Source: Octopus sinensis (lineage: Eukaryota). From it: a DNA stretch of 64,000 nucleotides. The notes beneath the pieces were generated by a model. That model was not told where the DNA came from. It searched no databases and was given only the letters and a program-made list of their open reading frames with translations. Shown here one piece after another: positions 35,546 to 50,989 of this stretch; the first letter of the stretch is position 1, and every line of letters starts with the position of its first letter. Position numbers and translations under genes: made by a program. Location of the stretch: positions 32,426,001 through 32,490,000 of the forward strand of contig NC_043001.1 of assembly GCF_006345805.1 (NCBI RefSeq). The letters are read 5' to 3'.

Positions 35546-37297
35546 TTTTAAATCTGGAATCAAAGAAATTGAATTAAGAAAGATGTTACAAATCATTTTT
35601 TTTTTCTTTATACTTTATTGAACATCCATCACAGCTACTCCGCCCTTTCCTCTTACCGTATACGTACTGGCAATATGGAAAGTAGGCAAAGCGACACCGC
35701 GCGCAAAAAAAAAAAAGAATAATAATAATAATAATAATAAATAAATAAATAAATAAATAAACTGAAAGAGAGAAAATGAGGGAGAATTTCGATGCGTGTT
35801 GAGATTTTGTATCTAATCAGTGAAAACTCCAACGAGATATGTTGGATTACGCAAAATAATCTCTGTGAACGATTCCGTTTTGAATTATGCCGAAAATGTG
35901 TTTAAAAAAAAAGTAAATTAATACCTGTCAATGACATATTTTGACTGTATACACGAAAGTAACATTGGCATAACATACATACTTACATATATTCCAGATA
36001 TACATAATGCATATAAATATATATATATATATATATGCGTGTGTTGTGTGTGTGTGCATATTGTATGAGTATATATATACTATATATATATATATATTAT
36101 ATATATATGTGTGTGTGTGGTGTGTGTGTGTGTGTGGTGTGTGTGTGTGTGTGTGTGTGTGAGTGTGTGTGTGTGTGTGAGTGTGTGAGTGAATGAGTGA
36201 GTGTGTATGTGTATGTTACAGAAGGCCAACAATACGTGAAGAAATGAGATAGAATATTTTTAGTAATATGTTTATTAGAAATGTACTAATCGGTGTAGAT
36301 CAGAAATTTAAACTTCTGAACACGTGTTCACTCTCAAATTTTAATTCCTTACAGAATCTATTTTAAAGTACTAGCGTTTTCTTAGCGACCTTGAGTAAAA
36401 AAAAAATGCAACATGGACGATGTCTTCTACTTCGTAAATGTTAATCTTTTTGCATAATCGAAATGAATGGATGACAACGCAAAAAGAGGCGGTGAGAGAT
36501 GTTATAAAAGACGCGACGAAAGAATCTACAGTATTTTGTTTCATGCACCTTAAATCTAAGCTCTGATTTCGCTGAATTTGGTTTAATCGACTATACTTTC
36601 TCCTGAGGGAAACCCGATGTGTGTCAGTTCAAGAGAAACCATTTGATCTTAAGCAGAACTCCATTTTTTATGATGTACTGAAATTTCACACATCTGTGTA
36701 TATTTGGAAAATTTACGAATTATATATAGGAAGTTTTCAAATTTTAGGGTAATGATGTTGAATCTTCAGAAGGTGGTCATGACAAAATTCTTTCAGGGAT
36801 AGACTCAAAATCGTAGAAATTCAAGGATTTGATGAAAACTCACACAGATGATAATTTTGATGTTTATTATGATGGAAAATATTTTGGGAAACTACGAAAA
36901 AATAACTAACGCTTATTTTCCTTTCTTACCTGTTATTTAGTCCGAGTAGGACTGGAGACAGGTAAAATCAGTGGAGTAATTGAAAAACAATCATGCTCTA
37001 TTTAGCTACGTCTCGTTATGCTTTGAGTTCAATTCTCACCGTAGTCAACTTTATCTTTTAATCCTCCTAGGATCCATAAAAATAACTTGCCGATTGCATC
37101 AGCTATATCTTCGTGATAGTATTAAGATTCGTTATTTACTCTGAAGAAAAGTTAGACCCGCTCCCTTTGCAGGCCACACAAACTGGTGATGTTGATACAT
37201 CTGGTTAAACTAATATAGATTAATGACTGTTGAGTAAACTTTTCAGGAATGTCTTGTATAGCTTTAGCTTGGGAAAATAAGAGCTTGGTTAAAAGGT

Positions 37298-37715
37298 GGA
37301 TCTTTTCGGTTTGAACGGCAGTTTTTTCTAGCGGTGTCGTATGAAATTGTCACCCATAATTATGACCCTAGTATCGATCTATTGCATTTCAATCTGTTTT
37401 AGGGTTAGGGTTAGGGGTGGGGGGAAGTGTATCTTTTTTTCTTCAGAAATGTAAATAAACCCAATCTGTTTCTTAAACGAGGGACATATTCATACGGCAC
37501 AGAATGTTTTTTTTACCTCAATAGAGGTCACTGATTGGTTGAAATTGCAGAAATTGAAGAAAAAAACAATAAATATCTTAGAAACTATAGAATTTTCTCA
37601 ATAAAGCCAAGAGAAAAAGATGTTTTATAAACACATTCTAGCAGTATACGAAGTTTAAAATTTTTTAGTTACCTAGAAATTATGTTAAAAACTGCCGTTC
37701 AAACCGAAAAGATCC
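37298..37715. mobile_element. Complete MITE with 28-bp TIRs and internal (TTAGGG)3
   Basis: GGATCTTTTCGGTTTGAACGGCAGTTTT / AAAACTGCCGTTCAAACCGAAAAGATCC. TTAGGG x3 at 37399-37416. Confidence 0.92.
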
Positions 37716-38733
37716 TAGAAGGGATATACAGGGTTAGACTTATGTGAGAAGAAGAGAAGTGAAATGCGCAGAGCAAGGCGAGTGTAGAGCCTAAAAGATG
37801 AGTAGAGCAAAGATTACCGTAGAAACGACAGAGCAAAGAAAATGAACATAAAGAAACGTATGCGTGAGGTTTTGGTTTTAGTTTTATTAATATTGCAAAT
37901 TATGATTATTGAGTTTGACTGAGCACAGATCGTAATTTTATAAAAACAGTTGATCTTTCTAACTCGGGATGATTTAACAAAAACCCTGACTACACAAGAG
38001 AGAGAGAGGGGGGGAGGGTGAGAACGGGAAAGAAGAAAAGGAAGGCATAGGGAGCTTAGCTTATGTTAATAATGAATTTCCTAATTTTAAGAAATCGTGT
38101 AATTTCTCAAAGTGAATTTGGCAATCAACAAACTATGTCTTACATAGATGGTCAATACACTTTACATTTAATGTTGTTGTTTTTTATTTCTCTTCCAATG
38201 ATATTTCTTAAAAGATTCCCATAAGAAAAACTTATGCAACACCTATGAAACACATTATGATTGCAGAAATGAATTCAATATTTTTTGTAAATAAATGTGA
38301 GTTGTTTTATTTCATATTAAGTAGTCCAAATTAACACCAGTTCATTATAAGTATTTTGATTGTAATTTAATTCATAGATATATTACTATTGTATTGTGTT
38401 TCATTTCTCTTAACTTTGATGCATAAAATCAAAATTATCAAAGGTAAGATGAGTTACACAATTTTCTTTCACTGTAATTATTCTGATCATATTAATTAAT
38501 TGTTTAATTAATAAATTCTATATCGATGCGTCTCCTTTGTTAATACTTAATACAAAACACTTCCGAAAGAATAGCATCCTGAATAACGGATAAGCAAAGG
38601 AAACGGCTGTTTTGGAAATTGTTGTCAAGAAACAAAGTTGTTAGTATTACACGATTTGTTTACGTCGGCTGTCGCCATTTCTAAAGTGAATATGAACACT
38701 GTGCACGGATAATTCTGTATCTTAAGCATTTTT

Positions 38734-38901
38734 AGGCGCAGGAGTGGCTGTGTGGTTAGTAGCTTGTCTACCAACAATATGGTTCCGGGTTCAGACCCAC
38801 TGCGTGGCACCCTTGGGCAAGTGTCTTCTAACTATAGCCTCCTCGGGCCGACCAAGCCTTGTGAGTGGATTTGGTAGACGAAACTGAAAGAACCCGTCGT
38901 A

Positions 38902-38948
<47 letters not shown>

Positions 38949-39160
38949 ATATATATGCGTGTGTGTGTTTGTGTCTGTGTTTGTCCCCTAGTGTTTATGT
39001 CCCCGTTAGCTTAGCGGTTTCGGCAAAAGAGACGATAGAATAAGTACTGGGCTTACAAAAGAATAAGTCCCGGGGTCGAGTTGCTCGATTAAAGGCGGTG
39101 CTCCAGCATGGCCGCAGTCAAATGACTGAAACAAGTAAAAGAGTAAAAGAGAGTAAAGAG
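38734..39160 (+). mobile_element. SINE family A, full length
   Basis: AGGCGCAGGAGTGG head, MIR-core-like CCTTGGGCAAG, internal (TA)n(TG)n and (GTAAAAGA)n tail. Confidence 0.95.
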
Positions 39161-39747
39161 TATATATACCTCATAGCGATGTCTTCATCTACAGAAGAGA
39201 AACAAATGTATACAAATGAGCTGAGTAACATAAGGTCGAATTGTATACTTTATACAAGATTCATAACGCAAAACATAACTTTTAGAGATTAAGGTTTAAG
39301 AATAAAAGAGGAAATGGTAAATGTCTGCTGAAGCCGAAATATGAATATTTTGCTGAAATATTGCATGGGTGGATTTTATTGAAGTGAACGGTGAGACCAT
39401 GACTTCAGCCAAGACTATCCGGAAATATGACTTCAGCCAAAAGTAAAAATTTAAATTCGAAAACATTGATGGCTGATTGACCCAATTTACCATACGCCTG
39501 GAGTAAGAAAACTGGACAGTGTTGGCGGGAGTAAAATAACAAAAAGTCAGTAGAATGAAAAGCAGTAGCAGTGTACAGCGCAACATTCAAGGAAATTGTC
39601 AAGGAACAGAATTTTATACGTGTTCAATGAGGATGACACTAGTTCAGTGTTTTCCATCGGGGTTCACATGACACTTGGATGTGGGGGTGCATATTTGATT
39701 TTATTGGTATAATTTTTGTGCAGTAGATTATAGTTTATACCCTTTAT

Positions 39748-40179
39748 ACTCTTTTACTCTTTTACTTGTTTCAGTCATTTGACTGTGGCCATGCTGGAGC
39801 ACCGCCTTTAGTCAATCGAGCAACTCGACCCCAGGACTTATTCTTTGTAAGCCTAGTACTTATTCTATCGGTCACTTTGGCCGAACCGCTAAGTTACGGG
39901 AACGTAAACACACCAGCATCGGTTGTCAAGCGATGTTGTGTGTGTGTGTGGGGGGGACCAAACACAGACACACAAACATATACAAATGTATACATATATA
40001 TATATATACATATATACGATGGGCTTCTTTCAGTTTCCGTCTACCAAATCCACTCACAAGGCTTTGGTCGGCCCGAGGCTATAGTAGAAGACACTTGCCC
40101 AATGTGCCACGCAGTGGGACTGAACCCAGAACCATTTGGTTGGTAAGCAAGCTACTTACAACAGCCACTCCTGCGCCTA
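39748..40179 (-). mobile_element. SINE family A, full length
   Basis: Reverse complement of the consensus. Confidence 0.95.
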
Positions 40180-40340
40180 TTCGCAAAATATACAACCACA
40201 TTTTTAAAAGCAATTCCTAATAATATTAGGCGTAGGAATGGCTGTGTGGTAAGTTACTTAAGAAACAGCAGTCATGAACTGACGATTATCCATTGTATGT
40301 TATTATTCATTTGATTATATATAAATATATATATATTTTT

Positions 40341-41046
<706 letters not shown>

Positions 41047-41048
41047 TA

Positions 41049-41091
<43 letters not shown>

Positions 41092-41199
41092 TGTCTAGTT
41101 TATATGTGTTTTTCTGTATGCGTGAGTTTGTGTGTCTGTTTGTGCATTTTATGATTGCTTCTGAGTATTTCTCTCTATGCGTATGATGATAATCTAAAG

Positions 41200-42636
41200 T
41201 GTATTATCCGTGCATGCGTGCAGCTATTTGTGTGTGGACTATAATTGTGCCTATCAGTGTTAATAATTGTGGCGGTAGTGGCTGTAGTGACTATGTTGGT
41301 GATGGCCTCAGCGACATTAATTATGGTGGTGGTAGTGGTGAGGGCGGTGATGATGGTGGTGGTTGCAGTTGTAGCGATGGTATTGGTGCTGGTTTTAGTG
41401 GCATTAACTGTGGTGATGGTGATGGTGATGGTGCTGGCCGTAGTAGTATTGATGGTGAGGAGGCTGGTGGTGGTAATGGTGGTGGTGGTGGTGGTGGTGT
41501 GGTTATGGTGGTGATATTGGTGGTAATGGTAGTATTGGTTGTGGTGCTGGTGTGGGTGATGATGATGATTATCATGAAGGTGTTGGTAGTAGTTGTAGTG
41601 ATGGTGATGATGCTGGTGCTGGCTTTAGGGGCATTAATTGTTAGTGGTGGTGCTGGTGCTGGTGGTGGTGTTGGTGGTGATGTTGGTGGTTATTATCGCA
41701 GGAATGATATTGGAGTGTCAATGGTATTCGTAATGGAGATAGTGGGGGTGATGAAATGTTTGTGTCTGTTGGTGATTCTGAAATTACTATTGCCTCTGGT
41801 CAGTCCTGGCTGACCAGACTTATGGTCACTAGCATTTCAGCCTTAAACATCTAGTTTTCCTTTTCTTTTCCTCCCTTTTTCTTTCCTTTTCCATTCATTT
41901 TCATTTTTTGTCAGTGTGGATGAATTTAGGACTACTTTCTCTAATGTGTCACTCTCTTTAGGTCAGACGGCTGTGATTTGATAGAATTCAGTCGTTATTT
42001 CTTGAAAATCAAGTAAACACACAAAGGCTCCTGTCGAATATGGACAGATAATTGTGGGTTATGAAAACGATTGTAGCATTGATAAAATAGCGGTGATGCC
42101 GGCGATATTTCTGATGATGGCGTGCATCCGCTAATGGTTCACAATATCGGTTACGTTGATGGTTATTATAATGACGTTGGTGGAGATAGATTTGATGGTA
42201 TTGTTGGTGGTGTTGATATGAAGAATGATTAAAGTGTTAATGATTATCGTGATGATAATTTTTGGTCGACTTGATGGTGATGCGGATCGTAGATAATGGT
42301 AGTGGAGGTAACAGAGATCGATTGCGGGTGGTTGGAGTGGTAATATACGTAGCAGCGATGCTATGTGAGGTTCGTCGTGGCAGTCGATGGTAATCTTAAT
42401 AATGATTATGATGATGATGATGAGGAGGAGGAGGGGAGGAGGTTAAGGTTAAGGGTGGCGGTGGTGATATTGAGGGGGGTGACGGCAGTATTGGTGATCG
42501 CGATGATACGGATAAGCGTGATGCGTCGAACAAAAGAGGAAAGAGATCGTAACGGACGACTTTTAAGAGAATTTGGATTTTCAATCATCTGGGTACGGAT
42601 TGTCGTTCGCTGATCTTAAAGGAAGTGAAAAATAGA

Positions 42637-42723
<87 letters not shown>

Positions 42724-42769
42724 TCAGCTGCTGCTGCTGCTTCAGCTGCTGCTGCTGCTACTACTACTA

Positions 42770-42804
<35 letters not shown>

Positions 42805-42810
42805 TCTGCA
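41200..42810 (+). repeat. Degenerate (GGT/GAT)n low-complexity tracts and (TAC)n/(TGC)n array
   Basis: Read directly. Source of the poly-Gly/Val/Thr/Ala ORFs. Confidence 0.9.
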
Positions 42811-42812
42811 GG

Positions 42813-43075
42813 TTAAGCAGGTGTGTTCGATGAAAAATGTGGTAGTAGTACCAATAATTGTCGGAGCCCTGGGAATAATGAATAAAAATCTTGAGAAGTA
42901 CATGGAACAAATAGGGGTTGCAATAAGGGTGGAGCACTTGCAGAAAACAGCACTGCTTGGAACCGCTCGAATAATCTGAGAGGTGCTCGAAAATTAATGG
43001 GTGTTACCTTAGTTCACTGGTAGTGAACAGCTGACACCGTAGTACATCTCCAGCGTTAGAAGCTGTGCAAAGGCA
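42813..43075 (+). mobile_element. R4/Dong-like RLE LINE 3' end with (AAT)n tail
   Basis: Translation ..VVVVPIIVGALGIMNKNLEKYMEQIGVAIRVEHLQKTALLGTARII*EVLEN*. (AAT)n follows at 43076-43225. Confidence 0.88.
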
Positions 43076-43162
43076 ATAATAATATAATAATAATAATAAA
43101 CTAATATAATGATATAATAATATAATCATAATAATAATAATAATAATTGATAATAATAATAA

Positions 43163-43201
<39 letters not shown>

Positions 43202-43227
43202 TATAATAATAATAATAATAAAATAAT

Positions 43228-43392
43228 CCTTTCTACTATAGGCACAAGTCCTGGATTTTGTGGGTGGGGAAGCTGGTCACATCGACCTCAGTATTGAGCT
43301 GGTACTTAATTTATCGACCATGAAAGAATGAAATGCAAAATCGACTGCGGTGGAATTTGAACTCATAACGTAGCGGCAGACGAAATACCGCT
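43228..43392 (-). mobile_element. SINE family B fragment, tail Y
   Basis: TTTCTACTATAGGCACAAG..CTGGTACTTAATTTATCGACC..GGAATTTGAACTCA. Confidence 0.85.
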
Positions 43393-43404
43393 AGCGATTA
43401 TAAT

Positions 43405-43869
<465 letters not shown>

Positions 43870-43949
43870 CAACAACAACAACAACGACGACAACAACAAC
43901 AGTGTCACTTCGATGGCATGCGCTGCTCTCTCACTCACCAATAACAATA

Positions 43950-44423
43950 TTTAATGGCAAAAATCGACAAAACTCAGTCAGACAGCAAATATAGAATCTG
44001 CAGGGAAGGAGACGAAAGTATAAATCAACTTTTGAATAAGTGCAGTATACTGGCACAAAAGGACTATAAGCGCAGACATAACTGTGTAGGCAAGAAAGCT
44101 CATTAAGATGTTAGACAAGTGGGCGGTTTTAAAAAAAAGCAACAGAAAAATGGCATGAAGACGAACCTGAGGCTGTGATAGAAAATGAAAATTACAAGAT
44201 CTTTGAGATTTCCCCATAAAGAGTGACCATGCTATTAAAGTAAGAACATATATGATCATGGATTTTTGCAATTTCCTATGATAGCAGAGCCGATAGCAAG
44301 AAATTGAACAAAAAAAAAACGGGTGGGGAAAATATCAGGATCTAGCCAGAGAGGTGAAGAAACTGTGGAAAACTAAGAAAGCAATTATTCCTATGGTAAT
44401 TGGTACACTTGAAGGGACATGAA
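43950..44423 (+). mobile_element. R4/Dong-like RLE LINE fragment (zinc knuckle plus RLE)
   Basis: Across frames: AKIDKTQSDSKYRICREGDESINQLLNKCSILAQKDYKRRHN..EKWHEDEPEAVIENENYKI..DFPIKSDH..KYQDLAREVKKLWKTKKAIIPMVIGTL. Confidence 0.9.
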
Positions 44424-44750
44424 GGCCTGCAACATCAATATTAGCGGTTGGGAAGCAGTTGCCGGCAACCGTGGAGATTGGTGACGTACCGTAAAAGTGG
44501 GAATACAAAGGAGTGACAGAGAGAGAGAGGAGAAATGGAAAGAAAAGAAGAGACGTCAACAAGAGACTATGGCATTACAACCAGCCAGGAACAGTCTTCG
44601 CTACATTTGCGGTACCTGCCAGAGAGAGTGTTTGTCCAGGATAGGACTACACAGCCACAGCAGGAAATGTATCAGGACATGAAATATAAAAGCCGGACTA
44701 GACTACTTTATGCGCAACTCCATTGTCTCCCGAGATGGAAGGATGCCAAC
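44424..44750 (+). mobile_element. RTE-clade LINE 3' end
   Basis: KACNINISGWEAVAGNRGDW*RTVKVG..YICGTCQRECLSRIGLHSHSRKC (C-terminal CxxC..C.SRIGL.SH motif), then a short 3' UTR. Confidence 0.9.
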
Positions 44751-45030
44751 AAAAATTGGTACACTTGGCACGGTACCCAAAACACTACCTAAAACACTGA
44801 AAGGGATTAGAATTGAACTCGTATTGTCGACCTGAAAAATGTACCGTCGCATATTCTGCTACAATTTTTGGGAAGATTGTTGAGATTTAAAGAAACGTGT
44901 AGCCACCATACATCATGATAAAATACCTGCTAACTAGATTAGCATGCACTAGTGTGATAATAATACTAACGTTGGCACAAGGCAAGTAATTTTGAGAGGG
45001 AAAAGCAGCCGATTATGTAGAATCCCAGTA

Positions 45031-45430
45031 AGGCGTAGGAATGGCTGTGTGGTAAGTAGCTTGCTTACCAACCACATGGTTCCGGGTTCAGTCCCACTGC
45101 GTGGAACCTTGGGCAAGCGTCTTCTACTATAGCTTCGGGCCGACCAAAGCCTTGTGAGTGGATTTGGTAGACGGAAACTGAAAGAAGCCCGACGTATATA
45201 CGTATATATAAGTATGTGTGTGTATATGTTTGTGTTTCTGTGTTTGTCCCCCCAACATCGCTTGACAACCGATGCTGGTGTGCTTACGTCCCCGTAACTT
45301 AGCGGTTCGGCAAAAGAGAACGATAGAATAAACACCAGGCTTACAAAGAGTAAGCCCTGGGTCGATTTGCTCGACTAAAAGCGGTACTCCAGCATGACCA
45401 CAGTCAAATGACTGAAACAAGTAAAAGAGA
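45031..45430 (+). mobile_element. SINE family A, full length
   Basis: Matches the family consensus. Confidence 0.95.
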
Positions 45431-45444
45431 CCATTATCTTTCTT

Positions 45445-46015
45445 TAGGACTCTGGAAGGGTCAAAAGCAAATATGACCTCGACAAAACTTGAACTCAGAA
45501 CTTGAAGTAGTGGAATAAATACCGCAAGACATCTTGGCGAACGCTCAAACGATTCTTCCAATTAGAGTACTTTTTTAATTTTGCAGAAGGCCAGCAATTT
45601 TTAAGGGAGGGGCAAGTTGTTTACATCGATCCCAGTACTTGAGAGGTACTTTATTGTATAAACTCCGAAAGGATGAAAAACAAAATTGACATTGGCTGGA
45701 TTAGAACTCGAAATATAAAGCGCCGGAGGAAAACCTACGATTTCTTTTTGTGAGATACACTAACACTTTTACCACCTTGCCGCCTAATCCAGAGTAATAT
45801 TATTTCTACTTCAGGCACAAGGCCTGAAACGTTGTTTGGGGAGTGGGTAAGTTAACTACATCGGCCCCAGTACTCAACTGGCAATTATTTCATCGACCGC
45901 GATGGATGAAATGCAAAGTCACTTCGGTTGAGTTTGAACTCAGGATGTAAAGACGAACAAAATATCAATAAACATTTCGCCCAGTGTCCTAATGATTCCA
46001 CCAGCTCACCACCTA
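45445..46015 (-). mobile_element. Cluster of degraded SINE family B copies
   Basis: Three partial reverse-complement matches to the body, head and tail Y. Confidence 0.7.
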
Positions 46016-46068
<53 letters not shown>

Positions 46069-46070
46069 TG

Positions 46071-46582
<512 letters not shown>

Positions 46583-46601
46583 AATAATAATAATAATAAT
46601 A

Positions 46602-46636
<35 letters not shown>

Positions 46637-46638
<2 letters not shown>

Positions 46639-47630
46639 TTCTACTAAAGGCACAAGGCCTGAAATGTAAAGCACCGGAGGAAATACTGGTCATTATTTTG
46701 TGAGAAACACTAACGACTCTACTAGCTCGCCGCCTATTCCATAATGATAATTATTAATTCTATTATAGGAACAATGCCTGAAAATTTGTGTGGGGAGACT
46801 AGTCGATTACCGACCCCGAACGGATGAATGGCAAAGTCGACCTCGGTGGAATTTGAACTTTGAACGTAAAGACAGACGAAATACCTATTTCTTTACTACC
46901 CACAAGGGGCTAAACACAGAAGGGACAAACAAGGACAGATAAACGGATTAAGTCGATTATATCGACCCCAGTGCGTGACTGGTACTTATTTAATCGAACC
47001 CGAAAGGATGAAAGGCAATGTCGACCTCGGCGGAATTTGAACTCAGAACGTAGCGGCAGACGAAATACCACTAAGCATTTCGCCGGCGTGCTAACGATTC
47101 TGCCAGTTCGCCGCCTTGCGGATTAGTCGATTACCGACACTGAAAGGATAAATGGCAAAGACGACCTCGGTGGAATTTGAACTCAGAATGTAAAGACGGA
47201 CGAAATGCCGCTAAGCATATAGTCCGGCGTGTTAACGATTCTGTCAGCTCGCCGCCTTTTAATAATAATTACAAATTTTAGCCCAATGCCAGCAACTTTG
47301 GGGAGGGGTGTCTAACTGGTACTTATTTTACCGAACCCGAAAGGGATGAAAAGCAAAGTCGATCTCGGCGGAATTTGAACTCAGAACATAAAGTCGGAAG
47401 AAATTACCTATTTCTTTACTACCCACAAGGGGCTAAACACAGAGAGGACAAACAAGGACAGACAAACGGATTAAGTCGATTATATCGACCCCAGTGCGTA
47501 ACTGGTACTTATTTAATCGACTCCGAAAGGATGAAAGGCAAAGTCGACATCGGTGGAATTTGAACTCTGAACGTAAAGTCGGAAGAAATTACCGCCCGAC
47601 GTGCTAACGCTTCTGCCATCGCGCCGTCTT
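46637..47630 (-). mobile_element. Dense cluster of SINE family B copies and multimers
   Basis: At least five body matches. The multimer junction ATACCTATTTCTTTACTACCC is at ~46882, with a variant at ~47405. Confidence 0.88.
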
Positions 47631-47869
47631 AATCATGATAATCCTCAGCATGAATAAAATGTAAAAAGAAGAAAAAAAATAAAAAAACAAGAAAAGAAAA
47701 GAGATAAATGAAAAATAAACAAAGAAAAAAACAAAAACAAAGCAAAAGCATCTCATTCATGCGTAGGCGGATTGGGCAGCTTGTGAATTAATTCGAGTTC
47801 TTGGTGAATGAATCAAACACGAGAATGAAGAGGGGAGGAGGGGGACATGCTGAGGAAAGTAGTAGTAGG

Positions 47870-48062
47870 AGGAGGAGTACGAGATACGGACTGAAGGTGG
47901 CAGCGGCAGCGGCAGCGGTGAGCCGTAGTGGTGGTGGTGGTGGTTGTAGTGGCGGCGCTGGTGATGGTAGCGGTGATGGTAGAAATAGTATATAGTGATA
48001 CTGGTAGATGCTGAAGTGAAAGTGGAATACAATGAGGAAGAGCAGCAGTATTATTATTATTA

Positions 48063-48106
<44 letters not shown>

Positions 48107-48138
48107 CATTCTTCTTCTACTTGTTGTTGTTGTTCTTC

Positions 48139-48170
<32 letters not shown>

Positions 48171-48484
48171 CTTCTTCTTCTTTCTTCTTCTTCTTCTTCT
48201 TCTTTCTTCTTCTTCTTCTCTTCTTATTCTTCTTCTTCTTCTTCTTATTAGTATTATTATCAGTAGTAGTAGTAGTCGTAGTAGTAGTATAGTAGTATTA
48301 TAGTCGTAGTCTAGTATGATGACGACAGTGGTAGTGTTGTTGTTGTTGCTGTTGCTGTTGTTGGTAGTGGTGGTGATGATGCTGGTAGTGTTGTGATAGA
48401 GGCTGAAGAGAATGTAGAATACGATGAAGAAGCGTAGTGGGGAGAGGAAGGAGGAGATTGCATAGTGGAAAGAGTTGTAGAGCA

Positions 48485-48515
<31 letters not shown>

Positions 48516-48543
48516 TTAGTATTATTATTATTATTATTATTAT

Positions 48544-48588
<45 letters not shown>

Positions 48589-48764
48589 GAGTAGTAGTAG
48601 TTGTAGATGTCCTGTTGTTGTTTGCAATAGTGATGATAGTGCTGGTGATGGCGGTGGTGGTATCGTGCGGTCATTGTGGAGATGTGTTAGTGGTGGTGGT
48701 GTTGTTGATGATGGTGTTGGTGATCGTGTTGATGGTGATGGTAGTGGTGATGGTGTTGTTGTTG

Positions 48765-48807
<43 letters not shown>

Positions 48808-48974
48808 AAGCAGCAACAGTAATAATAGTAGTAGTAGAAGTTGATGTTGTTGTAGCAGCAGCTGTAGTAGTAGTAGTAAGTAGTAGTAGTAGTAGAAGCA
48901 GCAGCAGCAGCAGTAATAATAGTAGTAGTAGCAGTAGTAGTAGAAGTTGATGTTGTTGTAGCAGCAGCTGCAGC

Positions 48975-49030
<56 letters not shown>

Positions 49031-49494
49031 AAGTGGTGGTAGTAGTAGTAGTAGTGTATGAGGTGCCGTTACAAAATGTTTCGATGAATGAAATAACTGA
49101 ATGACTGCATGACCGAATGACTAAAATGATTGAACGACCGAATAAAAGAATGAGAGAATGAGCGAATGAATGAATAAGCGAATATGGTGCCTAACGGTCT
49201 GTTTGCTTAGAATCGGGCGATGAAAGTAGAAAGGATTTTGGAACGGAATGCGGATAAAAGAGAATGGTAAACATTAAGGGGTAGGGGGAAAAATTGGTGA
49301 AAGACCAAGGGAGGGGATAGGAGGGGGGATGTGAAGGGGAAGATGAAAAGGAAGAAAAAGGATGGCTGGGAGGGGAGTGAGAAGAGTTGATGCAGGGAAA
49401 TGTAAAAAGATGCGCGGTTATCGAGAGGATGTTTGGCGTGAACTAACATAACAGAAATGTATATTTGGGATATGTGTGGTTGGCACGTGTCACA

Positions 49495-49526
<32 letters not shown>

Positions 49527-49823
49527 CTGTGTGTGTGTGGTGTGTGTGTGTGTGAATGTGTGTGTGTGAGTGTGCGTGTGTGAATGCATGTGTGTATGTG
49601 TGTCTTTGTGAGTGTGTGTGTGCGTGTGTTTATGTGAGTGTGTGAGTGTGTATCTGTGTGTGTGTGTGTGTGTGCGTCTGTGTGTGTGTGAAAGAGAGAG
49701 AGAGTTAGCGAGAGCGAGCGTGAGAGAGAGTGCGCGCTGGTATGTGTGTGGTGTGTGTGAGAGAGAGAGAAAGAGAGAGCACTTGTATGTGCGATGTGTG
49801 TGAGTGACAGTGAGGATCAGAGA

Positions 49824-49880
<57 letters not shown>

Positions 49881-50239
49881 AGGAGAGCAAGTTTGTATGT
49901 GTGAAGTGTCTGTGACAGAGAGAGAGAGAGAGGGAAGAGAGGGAGCGAGAGAGAGAGTGTACGCTTGTATGTGTAAGGTGTGTATGAGAGGGAGAGGAAA
50001 GAGAGAGAGAGTGACAGAGTGCGCGCTCTACATGTGAGGTGTGTGTTTGTGTGTGTGTGCGTGTGTGTGTGTGTCGTGTGTGTGTGTGTGAGAAAGAGAG
50101 AGAGAGAGATAAGGAGAGAGAGAGAAAGACAGACAGAAACAGATTTTGAGCGTGATATTCTGTGTGAGTTTGTATATATATATATATATATATATAGATA
50201 TAGATGAGAAAGTTGGTTTTATGTATGTATGTATGTATG

Positions 50240-50288
<49 letters not shown>

Positions 50289-50327
50289 GTAGTGTGTGTG
50301 TGTGTGTTTGTGTGTGTGGTGTATGTG

Positions 50328-50373
<46 letters not shown>

Positions 50374-50375
50374 CA
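47870..50375 (+). repeat. Compound trinucleotide field (TAT/TTC/TAG/GGT) followed by (TG)/(GA)/(TA) tracts
   Basis: Read directly from the sequence. Confidence 0.93.
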
Positions 50376-50580
50376 TGTAGAGTTAATCCAAACAAGAAAC
50401 ACAAAAAAACACAACAACGCGAGGACGTGGAACAAATATAGTATTATTGGACGCTCAGGAAAGAAGGGAAAAGGAGGGTTTACGTTTCGAGTGGAGCTCT
50501 TCGTCGGAAACATAGAAGGAAAGATCCAGAGAAGGGAAGACAGAGGGAAAAAAATCGCCACGGCACACACGAGGTCACAT
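50376..50580 (-). mobile_element. Penelope-like terminal repeat P1 with hammerhead-like motif (50478-50511)
   Basis: About 85% similar to 428-655. Minus motif is GTTT-CCGACGA-A-GAGC-TCC-ACTC-GAAA-CG-TA-AAC. Confidence 0.7.
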
Positions 50581-50582
50581 TT

Positions 50583-50620
<38 letters not shown>

Positions 50621-50989
50621 GTATGTATGTATATGTATATATATGGGTGTATGTGTATATGCGTACATATTTCTGTATATCGAATATGTGTGCATCTATA
50701 TATGGATGCATGTCTCTGGATGCACACAGAAAAACACACACACATACACACACGTTCACGCAGATACACACACACACACAACCACACACACAGTCACATA
50801 CATACCCACACTTAAATACCAATGTTGATAGAGAGGGAGAAAGGGAGAGAAGGAGAGCAAGAGAGAGAGGGGGAGGAGAGTGGGACATACCTGACTAAGT
50901 AATAATCGATAGGCAATTATGTGTATATGTGGGCATTTATGTGTGTATATCTACGTGTATATTATTTTTCATTTTTTATTTGTCTCAGG

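Noticed and set aside
37740-37870. Arg/Lys/Glu-rich reading resembling a Helitron N-terminus
   Set aside because: Too short, interrupted by stops, and similar only in composition.
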